From IMG/VR virus record IMGVR_UViG_2526164633_000052: 15,394 nucleotides of DNA; one strand, written 5' to 3'. Positions within the stretch are counted from its first letter, which is position 1; the number at the start of each line of letters is the position of its first letter. A model generated the notes under the pieces. That model searched no databases. It had not been told where the DNA came from and worked only from the letters and a program-made list of their open reading frames with translations. This DNA comes from a virus (taxonomy: Duplodnaviria > Heunggongvirae > Uroviricota > Caudoviricetes). A program made the position numbers and the translations under genes. This document shows positions 7,333-14,436 of the stretch, in pieces.

Positions 7333-7907
7333 TTGTCAGCTCCTTTGCGAATCTGTTCCGCCCATTCTTCAAGGGATTTCTCCGCATATTCACCGGACAG
7401 GCCATCAATCGGGTGCGGTTCATTAGCCAACTCTTCTTTCGCTGACAGAATCATGCGCGTAACGTCGAAAACTTCACGTAAAGACTTATTGATAAATCCG
7501 TGGTTGAAAGCAGCAGCAAGACGGCTTGCGGTATAGTTAATCCCCTCGTTGCGAGCCGCCGCACGAATTTCAGCCAAAAAAGCATCGGTGGCTGGGGTTT
7601 GCGGCATCTTTCCGTCTATTGCGCAGATATACGCATCAGATAGCTCATCCTGCTCGCCATCAAACACGTAGCAACTCTGTGCGATAAATTTATTTAGCCC
7701 CGCATTCTCCGCCGCCAGCGCCGCGCACTTGGCCTCAAGGTTATCAATCGTGATTCCAGCAGAACGGCACTCCCGCAACGCCGTTTCTAGTTTTGATTCA
7801 AGTTCACCGAACTTACGCACCAGGTATTCAGCATCCGTTTCATTCACTTTCAGATCTCGCGGTACACATTTCCCGAGAAGAAACCATTCCATTTCGAAAA
7901 CATTCAT
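7329..7907 (-). CDS. Hypothetical coiled-coil phage protein; shares a module with ORF 6233-6913
   Basis: ATG 7907 overlaps the stop of the YfdR-like gene (ATGA); contains repeat copy B. Confidence 0.6.
   Translation of the reverse strand: MNVFEMEWFLLGKCVPRDLKVNETDAEYLVRKFGELESKLETALRECRSAGITIDNLEAKCAALAAENAGLNKFIAQSCYVFDGEQDELSDAYICAIDGKMPQTPATDAFLAEIRAAARNEGINYTASRLAAAFNHGFINKSLREVFDVTRMILSAKEELANEPHPIDGLSGEYAEKSLEEWAEQIRKGADK
7594..7727. repeat. Copy B of the approximately 134-bp direct repeat
   Basis: See copy A; same orientation, 1174 bp apart. Confidence 0.8.
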
Positions 7908-8440
7908 GCGCATTTGCGTAACTCCGATAACTCGTTAAAACGTTCCATAAACATCCCGTAGGCATGGCCTGGTGACAGTGGAATAACTTTGAACATCTCT
8001 GTTGCTGGGATGCCTTCCAGTACAGGCCAGAAAGAGCCATCATCAAGCCCGAGATCGCGGCGTTCGGTTGCCAGCATAATGAGATCGGCATATTTCACTG
8101 GCGTGCTCATAACAGGAGGTAACCCGTATTTCTCACGGATTACGGCGTCTATTTTTTCTTCCATCCGTTTATAGTCAGGAAGAAGGCGTTTCAGTGGCGC
8201 GGGAATGTCCTGGCAATACGCTTCTGTTGCATCATGCATTAACGCTTCAAAAGCAAATTCCTGCGGTACCAGCTGGCTGCAAAGCACCGCATGTTGGGCG
8301 ACGCTGTAGAAGTGTGAAAGATGTCCTGCAAAGCGACAGATATTTGAAAGGGAAACCGCGATATCGTTAATAACGATGTCATCTTTATTTATCTTGTCAT
8401 AATAAAAATGTTTCCCGGAAAAAGTTTTAATAAATGACAT
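7904..8440 (-). CDS. yfdR: HD-domain phosphohydrolase, YfdR-like (5'-deoxynucleotidase family)
   Basis: 178 aa from ATG 8440 (GGAG RBS 7 nt upstream); HD-type motifs (HxxxV...HDAxE...D); size and gene order match the yfdP-yfdQ-yfdR cluster of E. coli CPS-53 as I recall it. Confidence 0.75.
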   Translation of the reverse strand: MSFIKTFSGKHFYYDKINKDDIVINDIAVSLSNICRFAGHLSHFYSVAQHAVLCSQLVPQEFAFEALMHDATEAYCQDIPAPLKRLLPDYKRMEEKIDAVIREKYGLPPVMSTPVKYADLIMLATERRDLGLDDGSFWPVLEGIPATEMFKVIPLSPGHAYGMFMERFNELSELRKCA

Positions 8441-8568
8441 TTCGTTCTCCACTTTATATGCGCTGCACCGCGTTGAATTCTGCTAAAAGGAAGCTCTCAC
8501 CATCCGGTGATTATTGAGTTAATTACGTTTCCATAAATGCCCCCGCAGGGGCATTAGCAGTAATGAAA

Positions 8569-9393
8569 TCAGGCGGTGAAAGTACCAATAAAGGTTTCTA
8601 CTTTGCTGTCTTTGAATTTCTCAACAAGCAGATCACGAAATTCGTTAGCCATTTCTTCCTGCACTGCTTCCAGCTGAATAATGCGCAGAACCAGTACAGG
8701 ACGATCGCCAGTGATAATGCTGAGGCGTAATTTAAACGGACGTTCTTTCAGACCTTCAAACGGAACGCATTTAAATTCAAATGCCACTGGCATAATATCT
8801 TTGGTCTTCGCTTCGACAGACTCCATCAGGGAGCGTTTTCCGCTGAAGTCATTATCTTCAAAATCAGCGGTCTGGTTTGCTTCAATCGTGATTTTACGGA
8901 CAGCCGCAGCCGCTTTTGTTGCCTGAATAGCGTCACCATTAGCATCAAAGCCCACAAGGTAGTCGGCCCAGTCTTCAATCCATTCTGCCAGTGACTTCTG
9001 GGAGTTACGCTCGCCATTAACAGACAACAGAGCAGAAAACGGTGCTGTCTTTTTTAGTTTGAGAGTGGCGGTGTTATCTGCGTGACCTGGTTCATCAATA
9101 GTACCCAGGTTAAGCACACTGACGGCGCGCATATTATCGGCATCGATAAAGCAGCGGGTGCCTTCATCTGCAAGATCTTTAGAATAACGGGTAAAGTCAT
9201 CGATGCTGGCAGTGGAAAGCGCACCACGGAAACGGAAGCGATTTAAATTAAATTTTTCCAGATCATGAATGCGGAAATTCTCAGGCAATGCCACAGCATC
9301 GGCACCAATCTTACTGATAATTTCATTAACACCCTGAGCAGAAATAAGGGCATGGATTTGATTAATTGCGGTTGCGTCTAAGTTCTGAGACAT
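8569..9393 (-). CDS. yfdQ: YfdQ-like DUF2303-family phage protein (274 aa)
   Basis: Length and position (between YfdP-like and YfdR-like genes) match YfdQ; GAGGA RBS upstream of ATG 9393. Confidence 0.7.
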   Translation of the reverse strand: MSQNLDATAINQIHALISAQGVNEIISKIGADAVALPENFRIHDLEKFNLNRFRFRGALSTASIDDFTRYSKDLADEGTRCFIDADNMRAVSVLNLGTIDEPGHADNTATLKLKKTAPFSALLSVNGERNSQKSLAEWIEDWADYLVGFDANGDAIQATKAAAAVRKITIEANQTADFEDNDFSGKRSLMESVEAKTKDIMPVAFEFKCVPFEGLKERPFKLRLSIITGDRPVLVLRIIQLEAVQEEMANEFRDLLVEKFKDSKVETFIGTFTA

Positions 9394-9458
9394 AATAAGT
9401 CCTCACTATATAAAGATATTCAGTGATGAGATAAATAATCAGTTAATTAAGAACGATA

Positions 9459-9821
9459 TTAATGACCTGCTGCGCGGAGTTTTCCGTCAGGTTCACCGGC
9501 AAGAGTCAGTAATTGTCCCTGGTCTTCCTGCAGAATAGTCAGGCGACCACCGCGATTGACATACATCGGCGTTTCGGTGGTGTCTTCTTCGGAAATTTTC
9601 CCGCGGTTAGTTGGGCGAACATATGAGAGTTTGTGTTTGATTTTCACACGGTTCTCATCAAACGGTTCGATTTCCAGATTGAGTGAGACCTTCCCTTTGG
9701 TTTTCGTGTTCATCACACCGGAAGCGACTTCACTGAGAACTGCGCCGATTTTGGTTTCAAATACGCCGCCGTCCAGCTCCCCGATAAATGCCTGCACATC
9801 AGTACTGCGTTCGCTAGCCAT
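9459..9821 (-). CDS. YfdP-like small phage protein (120 aa); first gene of the leftward early operon
   Basis: Start set at ATG 9821 (MASERSTDVQ...) with GAGGAG RBS 7 nt upstream; the ORF-track extension to 10007 is Cys/Arg-rich and contains RNA hairpins, so it is unlikely to be coding. Confidence 0.6.
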   Translation of the reverse strand: MASERSTDVQAFIGELDGGVFETKIGAVLSEVASGVMNTKTKGKVSLNLEIEPFDENRVKIKHKLSYVRPTNRGKISEEDTTETPMYVNRGGRLTILQEDQGQLLTLAGEPDGKLRAAGH

Positions 9822-9956
9822 TTTGCTGCTCCTCATCATATCGACCCTGCAAGGTCGGTTGGTTTCTCCACAAAACAGAGAAGAACACCTGCGGTGGCAG
9901 CCGCCCGGATGGATTGGGTTATGAGCCCGTCGTCCGGTGATGCTCTTCTCTGTTTT

Positions 9957-10004
9957 GTAAAAAGAGCGGTACCAGCCGGAAGCAAGTGTACAAACTGGTA
10001 CCGC
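9957..10004 (-). terminator. Intrinsic terminator-like hairpin in the leftward (pL) leader
   Basis: Perfect 10-bp stem gcggtaccag/ctggtaccgc (9966-9975 and 9995-10004) with 19-nt loop, followed on the minus strand by TCTTTTT. Confidence 0.5.
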
Positions 10005-10435
10005 CAAAGCAGTGGCTGTTGTGGTGACCGGTGCTGATCTCCGGCTTGCGGTTATTTCAGACTCTCACGGGCGTTTAATTGCCCCGCCGAACAGCTCTTT
10101 TCCGCATTAGCTGCAATGTCTTTCGCGCATCAGCCTGCGCATTCACCACAACGCTGAGAGCACTTAGCCAGTTACGGCACCACACTTTGTCGCGGTTCCA
10201 TAAATGCCCTCATCGTTGCACCCTGGTCTCTTCCCAGGTGTCAAACCGAACCGCCACGCTGGTTAGGCGTCTTATCAGCATCATCATTGACTTGCACATT
10301 CCGGCTACCTGGTTTGTTTGCCCGAGCAAGGAGTGGATTGTCCCCTTTAACGTCCCCAGACCGCTAACGACGCATGTGCCATACGCCGTGTTACAACCAA
10401 ATTTTGTTTAATCTTGCCTGTGACATGTTTCTTTT

Positions 10436-10470
10436 AGATACATTATGTATCTCAAGGGTACATTGTCAAG
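10436..10470 (-). promoter_or_regulatory. Candidate pL promoter with overlapping operator palindrome
   Basis: On the minus strand: TTGACA (plus 10464-10469), 16-bp spacer, CATAAT (plus 10442-10447); perfect 17-bp palindrome agatacattatgtatct (10436-10452) overlaps the -10. Confidence 0.45.
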
Positions 10471-10496
10471 TATAAAAAAACCTGCCGAAGCAGGTT
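10471..10496 (-). terminator. Rho-independent terminator of the repressor gene
   Basis: Stem aacctgc/gcaggtt with cgaa loop (10479-10496); on the minus strand it is followed by a run of 7-8 T. Confidence 0.6.
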
Positions 10497-10507
10497 ATAA
10501 ATATTGA

Positions 10508-11182
10508 TTAGGCCTTTATTTTGTATCTTCTTGGTTTTCCTGAGAAAATTACTGTACCAATTATAGAGCAATTACCGTTGATCTTAATGTAAGGTTCAGG
10601 CCAGTTTGGGTTTAATGCTTTGAGGTAACGCTGTGTTCCATCTTCTATCAACCGCTTAAAGGTGGTTTCGCCTGTATCGTGCATCAATGCAATAACGTCG
10701 TCACCGTGGCAGGCAGGGACTTCAGGATCTACAAAAATCATGTCTCCCGGGCGGTACTCATCAATCATTGAATCACCAATCACCCGCAAGATATAAGTCA
10801 TTTCGCCACAGGGTACAGGGCAGGGATAAGTTTCTGCTGTGCTCAAATCAACCTCAGAATAGCCAACTTCTTTCCATGCTCCGGCCTGTACCCATGATAT
10901 GACAGGGACTAACGTTATTTGTTTGTTAGTAATTGAAACATCAGGTTTTTTTGTGATGTTTGTTGTCTGGTGTTCTTGATCAAGCCATCCGACAGGCAGG
11001 TCGAAACATTTTTCGATGTGCCGTGCCATGCTGTCACCGATATTTTTAGTAGCACCATCTCCCATAAACCTGCTGGTCTGGGTTGGCTCGCGATCAATCA
11101 TGGTGGCAAAGGAAGAATTCCCGCCAACACCATCTCTCAGTTTTCTGGCGTTAGACCGCCGGATGTCATGGACTGTTTTCAT
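10508..11182 (-). CDS. CI-like prophage repressor with C-terminal S24 (LexA-like) autopeptidase domain
   Basis: C-terminal VIGDSM...FKRL motifs (Ser/Lys dyad) typical of LexA/CI autocleavage domains; divergent from a Cro-like gene across an operator-containing intergenic region. Confidence 0.85.
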   Translation of the reverse strand: MKTVHDIRRSNARKLRDGVGGNSSFATMIDREPTQTSRFMGDGATKNIGDSMARHIEKCFDLPVGWLDQEHQTTNITKKPDVSITNKQITLVPVISWVQAGAWKEVGYSEVDLSTAETYPCPVPCGEMTYILRVIGDSMIDEYRPGDMIFVDPEVPACHGDDVIALMHDTGETTFKRLIEDGTQRYLKALNPNWPEPYIKINGNCSIIGTVIFSGKPRRYKIKA

Positions 11183-11198
11183 AACGAAATTAAAACCT

Positions 11199-11250
11199 TT
11201 GTACCGATAGGGTACAAGTATCTTGAAGGTTCATCTCAATCATGTAATAT
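11199..11250 (+). promoter_or_regulatory. OR/pR region: operator palindrome plus candidate rightward promoter
   Basis: Palindrome ttgtaccgatagggtacaa (11199-11217); TTGAAG (11223-11228), 16-bp spacer, TAATAT (11245-11250); GGAGG RBS at 11258-11262 before ATG 11273. Confidence 0.45.
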
Positions 11251-11272
11251 GTATATCGGAGGTACATATTGT

Positions 11273-11473
11273 ATGAAAGCGTATTGGGACTCTTTAACCA
11301 AAGAACAGCAGGGCGAGTTGGCCGGAAAAGTTGGCTCAACACCAGGCTACTTACGGCTGGTTTTCAATGGTTATAAAAAAGCCAGTTTTGTGCTGGCTAA
11401 AAAACTTGAGCAATGCACGTCAGGTGCAATTACGAAATATGACTTAAGACCGGATATCTATCCGAAAGATTAA
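11273..11473 (+). CDS. Cro-like (Cro/YdaS-type) small HTH regulator, 66 aa
   Basis: Position immediately right of the repressor and OR; HTH-like segment ELAGKVGSTPGYLRLVFNG; the ORF-track N-terminal extension overlaps the repressor gene and is rejected. Confidence 0.7.
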   Translation: MKAYWDSLTKEQQGELAGKVGSTPGYLRLVFNGYKKASFVLAKKLEQCTSGAITKYDLRPDIYPKD

Positions 11474-11504
11474 CAGAACACCTTCAATTTTTAACCACAG
11501 AACG

Positions 11505-12068
11505 ATGAGGCTAACCGTGGGTAAGCATCACTGGAAAGTAGAAAAACAGCCTGAGTGGTACGTGAAAGCTGTCAGAAAAACTATCGCGGCGTTGCCGGGG
11601 GGTTACGCTGAAGCTGCTGAGTGGCTGGATGTAACAGAGAACGCTTTATTCAACCGCCTTCGTGCAGATGGCGATCAGATTTTCCCGCTGGGATGGGCAA
11701 TGATTTTACAGCGCGCGGCTGGCACTCACTACATTGCGGATGCTGTCGCACAGTCTGCTGGTGGGGTGTTTGTATCGCTTCCTGAAATTGAGGAAGTAGA
11801 GAACGCCGATATAAACCAGCGCCTGCTGGAAGTCATCGAACAGATCGGGAGTTACTCAAAGCAGATTCGTTCGGCAATCGAAGATGGGGTAGTGGAGCCA
11901 CACGAGCAGACAGCAATTAATGATGAGTTGTATCTGTCAATTTCGAAGCTCCAGGAGCATGCAGCACTGGTCTACAAAATCTTTTGCGCTCCAGAAAAGA
12001 GTGACGCCCGCGAGTGTGCAGCTCCGGGCGTCGTGGCGTTTTGTGTCTGTGGAGAAACTAACGCATGA
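11505..12068 (+). CDS. CII-like / YdaT-like regulatory protein (assignment tentative)
   Basis: Second gene of the rightward operon, where CII or YdaT sits in lambdoid phages; HTH-like segment GYAEAAEWLDVTENALFNRLR; alternative GTG start at 11517 has a better RBS. Confidence 0.5.
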   Translation: MRLTVGKHHWKVEKQPEWYVKAVRKTIAALPGGYAEAAEWLDVTENALFNRLRADGDQIFPLGWAMILQRAAGTHYIADAVAQSAGGVFVSLPEIEEVENADINQRLLEVIEQIGSYSKQIRSAIEDGVVEPHEQTAINDELYLSISKLQEHAALVYKIFCAPEKSDARECAAPGVVAFCVCGETNA

Positions 12069-12901
12069 ACAGTTTAACGGCAAATAACCGTTTGTCGCAA
12101 CAGCTGGTGGTCAGCGTCGCTGAACACCTGTTGTTACGGCATGAATGCAGATTACCAAATCACCTGGCTGTAAGTAACCACAGAGAACTTTACCTGACTG
12201 TGGGGGGCGAGTTGTGCAGGAACTTAACCGCTGGTTTCGTGACGGAAGAGGACTTTATGTTCATGTTATTCGTTGGGAGCCAGAAACACAGCGCGTTATC
12301 TATCTTCGCAAAGACTACCCGCATGAGTGCTTTAGTCCTTTGTGGAAATTCAGGCGTGATTTTGTTGAGTGTGAAGGACCACCAGCACATTGATTCTGCC
12401 ATTCCGGGACGTTACACTGTTCAGGCACCTTATAAAGCGGGTGCCGGGATTGGCGTCCTGGAATTGATCAAGGCGATATATGACGCGCCAGCGTCTTTTT
12501 TATCGTCCGCATTTGCTCACATCAAAGTTATGGTGGGCTGGGCGGGGGCATCGAAAGATGCGCCGGTTTCCTTGATCACCGGTTACGCCAACCCCGTTCA
12601 GTTCACCACCAGCGAAATTGGCGTTTCCGGTGGTGGAAGTATTTCACCGATCAAGGAGGCTGCCATCATGGCTACTGTCCCAGCCCTCACTCGTCTGAAT
12701 GATGAAGACTTACATAAACTCAGTTATGTAACAACTGCACTACGTGCTCTGCGCAAGGTAACTCTTTCGGATCCCCAGGCGCATCAGGTTTTGGTAGAAA
12801 CCCTTCTTAACTTGCAGGCTGAACGTATTCGTCTGGCGGATAAGGCTAATTTTCATATTCACCGTCTCCTGAATATCAGCGGAGGGCATCGTCATGCTTA
12901 A
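12065..12901 (+). CDS. Hypothetical protein (278-aa ORF); gene structure uncertain
   Basis: Long open frame translationally coupled to both neighbours (ATGA at 12065; downstream ATG 12894 overlaps its end); no family recognised; 12178-12402 is open in three frames. Confidence 0.4.
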   Translation: MNSLTANNRLSQQLVVSVAEHLLLRHECRLPNHLAVSNHRELYLTVGGELCRNLTAGFVTEEDFMFMLFVGSQKHSALSIFAKTTRMSALVLCGNSGVILLSVKDHQHIDSAIPGRYTVQAPYKAGAGIGVLELIKAIYDAPASFLSSAFAHIKVMVGWAGASKDAPVSLITGYANPVQFTTSEIGVSGGGSISPIKEAAIMATVPALTRLNDEDLHKLSYVTTALRALRKVTLSDPQAHQVLVETLLNLQAERIRLADKANFHIHRLLNISGGHRHA

Positions 12902-13130
12902 TCCGTTGAGCCTCAATATTCGCCGTTTACTTCAGCGTAAAAAAACATCAATTCCTACAGTTGGGCAGTGGTACACCACGCCTGCAGGGCATGTTCTACG
13001 TGTTAGCCTGGTTGACCGTGAATGCCAGAAGGTGATTTGTGAACCGCTGGGCCGTAATTACCGCGTCAGTATGCCGCTTATAGCCTTTCGCTCCGGAAAA
13101 AACATGAAGCATCTCGGAGGTGCAGCATGA
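12894..13130 (+). CDS. Hypothetical small protein (78 aa)
   Basis: Strong GGAGG RBS 8 nt before ATG 12894; stop overlaps the start of the O-like gene (ATGA). Confidence 0.45.
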   Translation: MLNPLSLNIRRLLQRKKTSIPTVGQWYTTPAGHVLRVSLVDRECQKVICEPLGRNYRVSMPLIAFRSGKNMKHLGGAA

Positions 13131-13945
13131 GTATGGAGCTGATGGTTAAAGCGATGAAAATTCGAGTGGGTAATCCATTGCGAAAACTGGTTCTGATCAA
13201 GCTGGCTGATAATGCCAGCGATCAGGGTGAGTGCTGGCCCAGCTATCAGCATATCGCTGATCAGTGCGAGATTAGCAAACGTTCTGTGATGAATCATATT
13301 GCGGCCCTCTGTGAGTCCGGGCTGGTAAAAAAAGTCACCCGGAAAGGTGAAAAAGGTAACTCAAGTAATATCTATCTCCTTCATCTGGATGGTGCAGGAG
13401 ATTCACTAGGGGGTAGTGCAAATAATTCACTATCTGGTGCAGCAAATTCACCAGGTAGTGCAGGAGTTGCACCAGGGGGTAGTGCAGGAGATTCACCCAG
13501 AACCAGTCACTCTTTTGAACCAGTCAAAGAACCAGTCAATGAACCAATAGCTGTTGGTGCATCAGTTGATGAGTCCGTGCGAGTTCGTTCAAACCGACCG
13601 GAATACTCTCCGGAGTTTGAGCAGGCATGGCTGGCATATCCCAAACGTGCTGGTGGCAATTCAAAATCTGCAGCCTTCAAAGCCTGGAAAGCCCGTTTGA
13701 ACGAGGGGGTAAACCCCGAAACCATGCTGGAAGGTGTGAAACGCTACGCGGGCTGGGTATCTGCGATGGGTAACAGCGGCACACAATTTGTGAAACAGGC
13801 TGTCACGTTCTTTGGTCCGGATCGTCATTTCGAAGAATCCTGGGAAGTTCCTGCGATATCTGCAGCCAGACGCGAGGACCCGTACTTCAAAGCCAGTTAC
13901 GACAACGTGGACTACAGCCAGATCCCGGCAGGATTCAGGGGGTGA
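13127..13945 (+). CDS. Phage replication initiator (lambda O-like architecture): N-terminal winged-HTH domain, low-complexity linker, C-terminal domain
   Basis: N-terminus LRKLVLIKLADNASDQGECWPSYQHIADQCEISKRSVMNHIAAL resembles HTH-type phage replication proteins; iteron-like DNA repeats lie within the Gly/Ser/Ala-rich linker. Confidence 0.7.
   Translation: MSMELMVKAMKIRVGNPLRKLVLIKLADNASDQGECWPSYQHIADQCEISKRSVMNHIAALCESGLVKKVTRKGEKGNSSNIYLLHLDGAGDSLGGSANNSLSGAANSPGSAGVAPGGSAGDSPRTSHSFEPVKEPVNEPIAVGASVDESVRVRSNRPEYSPEFEQAWLAYPKRAGGNSKSAAFKAWKARLNEGVNPETMLEGVKRYAGWVSAMGNSGTQFVKQAVTFFGPDRHFEESWEVPAISAARREDPYFKASYDNVDYSQIPAGFRG
13391..13550. repeat. Iteron-like tandem repeats (candidate replication origin) inside the O-like gene
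   Basis: About five tandem 21-24-bp units sharing attcac...ggtagtgcagga (13391-13500), then three or four copies of gaaccagtca at 11-16-bp spacing (13501-13550). Confidence 0.55.
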
Positions 13946-14436
13946 TCATGAGTCTTTTGAATGAAGTTCAGAAATTCATTGAAGCCCATCCGGGGTGTAC
14001 TTCCGGAGACATTGCGGATGCTTTTGCAGGTTACTCACGGCAGCGCGTTCTGCAGTCAGCAAGCAAGTTACGTCAGAGTGGGCGTGTGGCTCACCGTTGT
14101 GAAGGAGATACACGCAGACATTTCCCACGCCTGACTGAGAGAGCGCAGGAGCCGGAACTACAACCAGTTCGTGAAACCAGACCTGTGCGCAATTTCTATG
14201 TCGGCACTAACGATCCCCGGGTGATTTTGTGCCTGACCCGCCAGGCGGAAGAACTGGAGTCCAGGGGCCTATACCGTCGTGCTGCAACGGTGTGGATGGC
14301 GGCATTCCGTGAAAGCCACTCCCAGCCAGAACGAAACAATTTTCTGGCGCGTCGTGAGCAGTGTTTACGGAAAAGCAGCAAGCGCGCTGTATCGGGTGAT
14401 GAGTGGTATCTGTCAGGGAATTACGTGGGGGCTTAA
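13942..14436 (+). CDS. PerC/ANR-like transcriptional regulator with N-terminal winged-helix-like region
   Basis: C-terminal LESRGLYRRAATVWMAAF...FLARREQCLRK resembles the PerC-family signature as I recall it. Confidence 0.5.
   Translation: MIMSLLNEVQKFIEAHPGCTSGDIADAFAGYSRQRVLQSASKLRQSGRVAHRCEGDTRRHFPRLTERAQEPELQPVRETRPVRNFYVGTNDPRVILCLTRQAEELESRGLYRRAATVWMAAFRESHSQPERNNFLARREQCLRKSSKRAVSGDEWYLSGNYVGA

Noticed and set aside
9822-10007. Upstream extension of the YfdP-like ORF (ORF-track start at 10007)
   Set aside because: The added 62 residues are Cys/Arg/Gly-rich and span the terminator hairpin and long inverted repeat; the internal ATG at 9821 has a strong GAGGAG RBS and gives the expected 120-aa product.
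10079-10411. 110-aa plus-strand ORF in the pL leader
   Set aside because: Antisense to the direction of early-left transcription, no RBS, Arg/Thr/Cys-rich non-protein-like composition; the region is better explained as a non-coding leader.
10970-11272. N-terminal extension of the Cro-like ORF (ORF-track start at 10970)
   Set aside because: Overlaps the repressor gene on the opposite strand and the operator/promoter region; the ATG at 11273 has a GGAGG RBS and gives a typical 66-aa Cro-like protein.
12190-12402. 70-aa minus-strand ORF inside the 278-aa ORF
   Set aside because: Antisense within a rightward operon, no RBS seen; kept only as part of the note that this region is open in several frames.
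13391-13550. Possible CRISPR array
   Set aside because: Repeat units are irregular (21-24 bp, imperfect), have no unique spacers of regular length, and lie inside a coding linker; iterons are a better explanation.
14403-14435. Upstream Met start of the methyltransferase ORF
   Set aside because: Overlaps the end of the preceding gene by 34 nt; the ATG at 14436 gives the usual ATG/stop overlap coupling.
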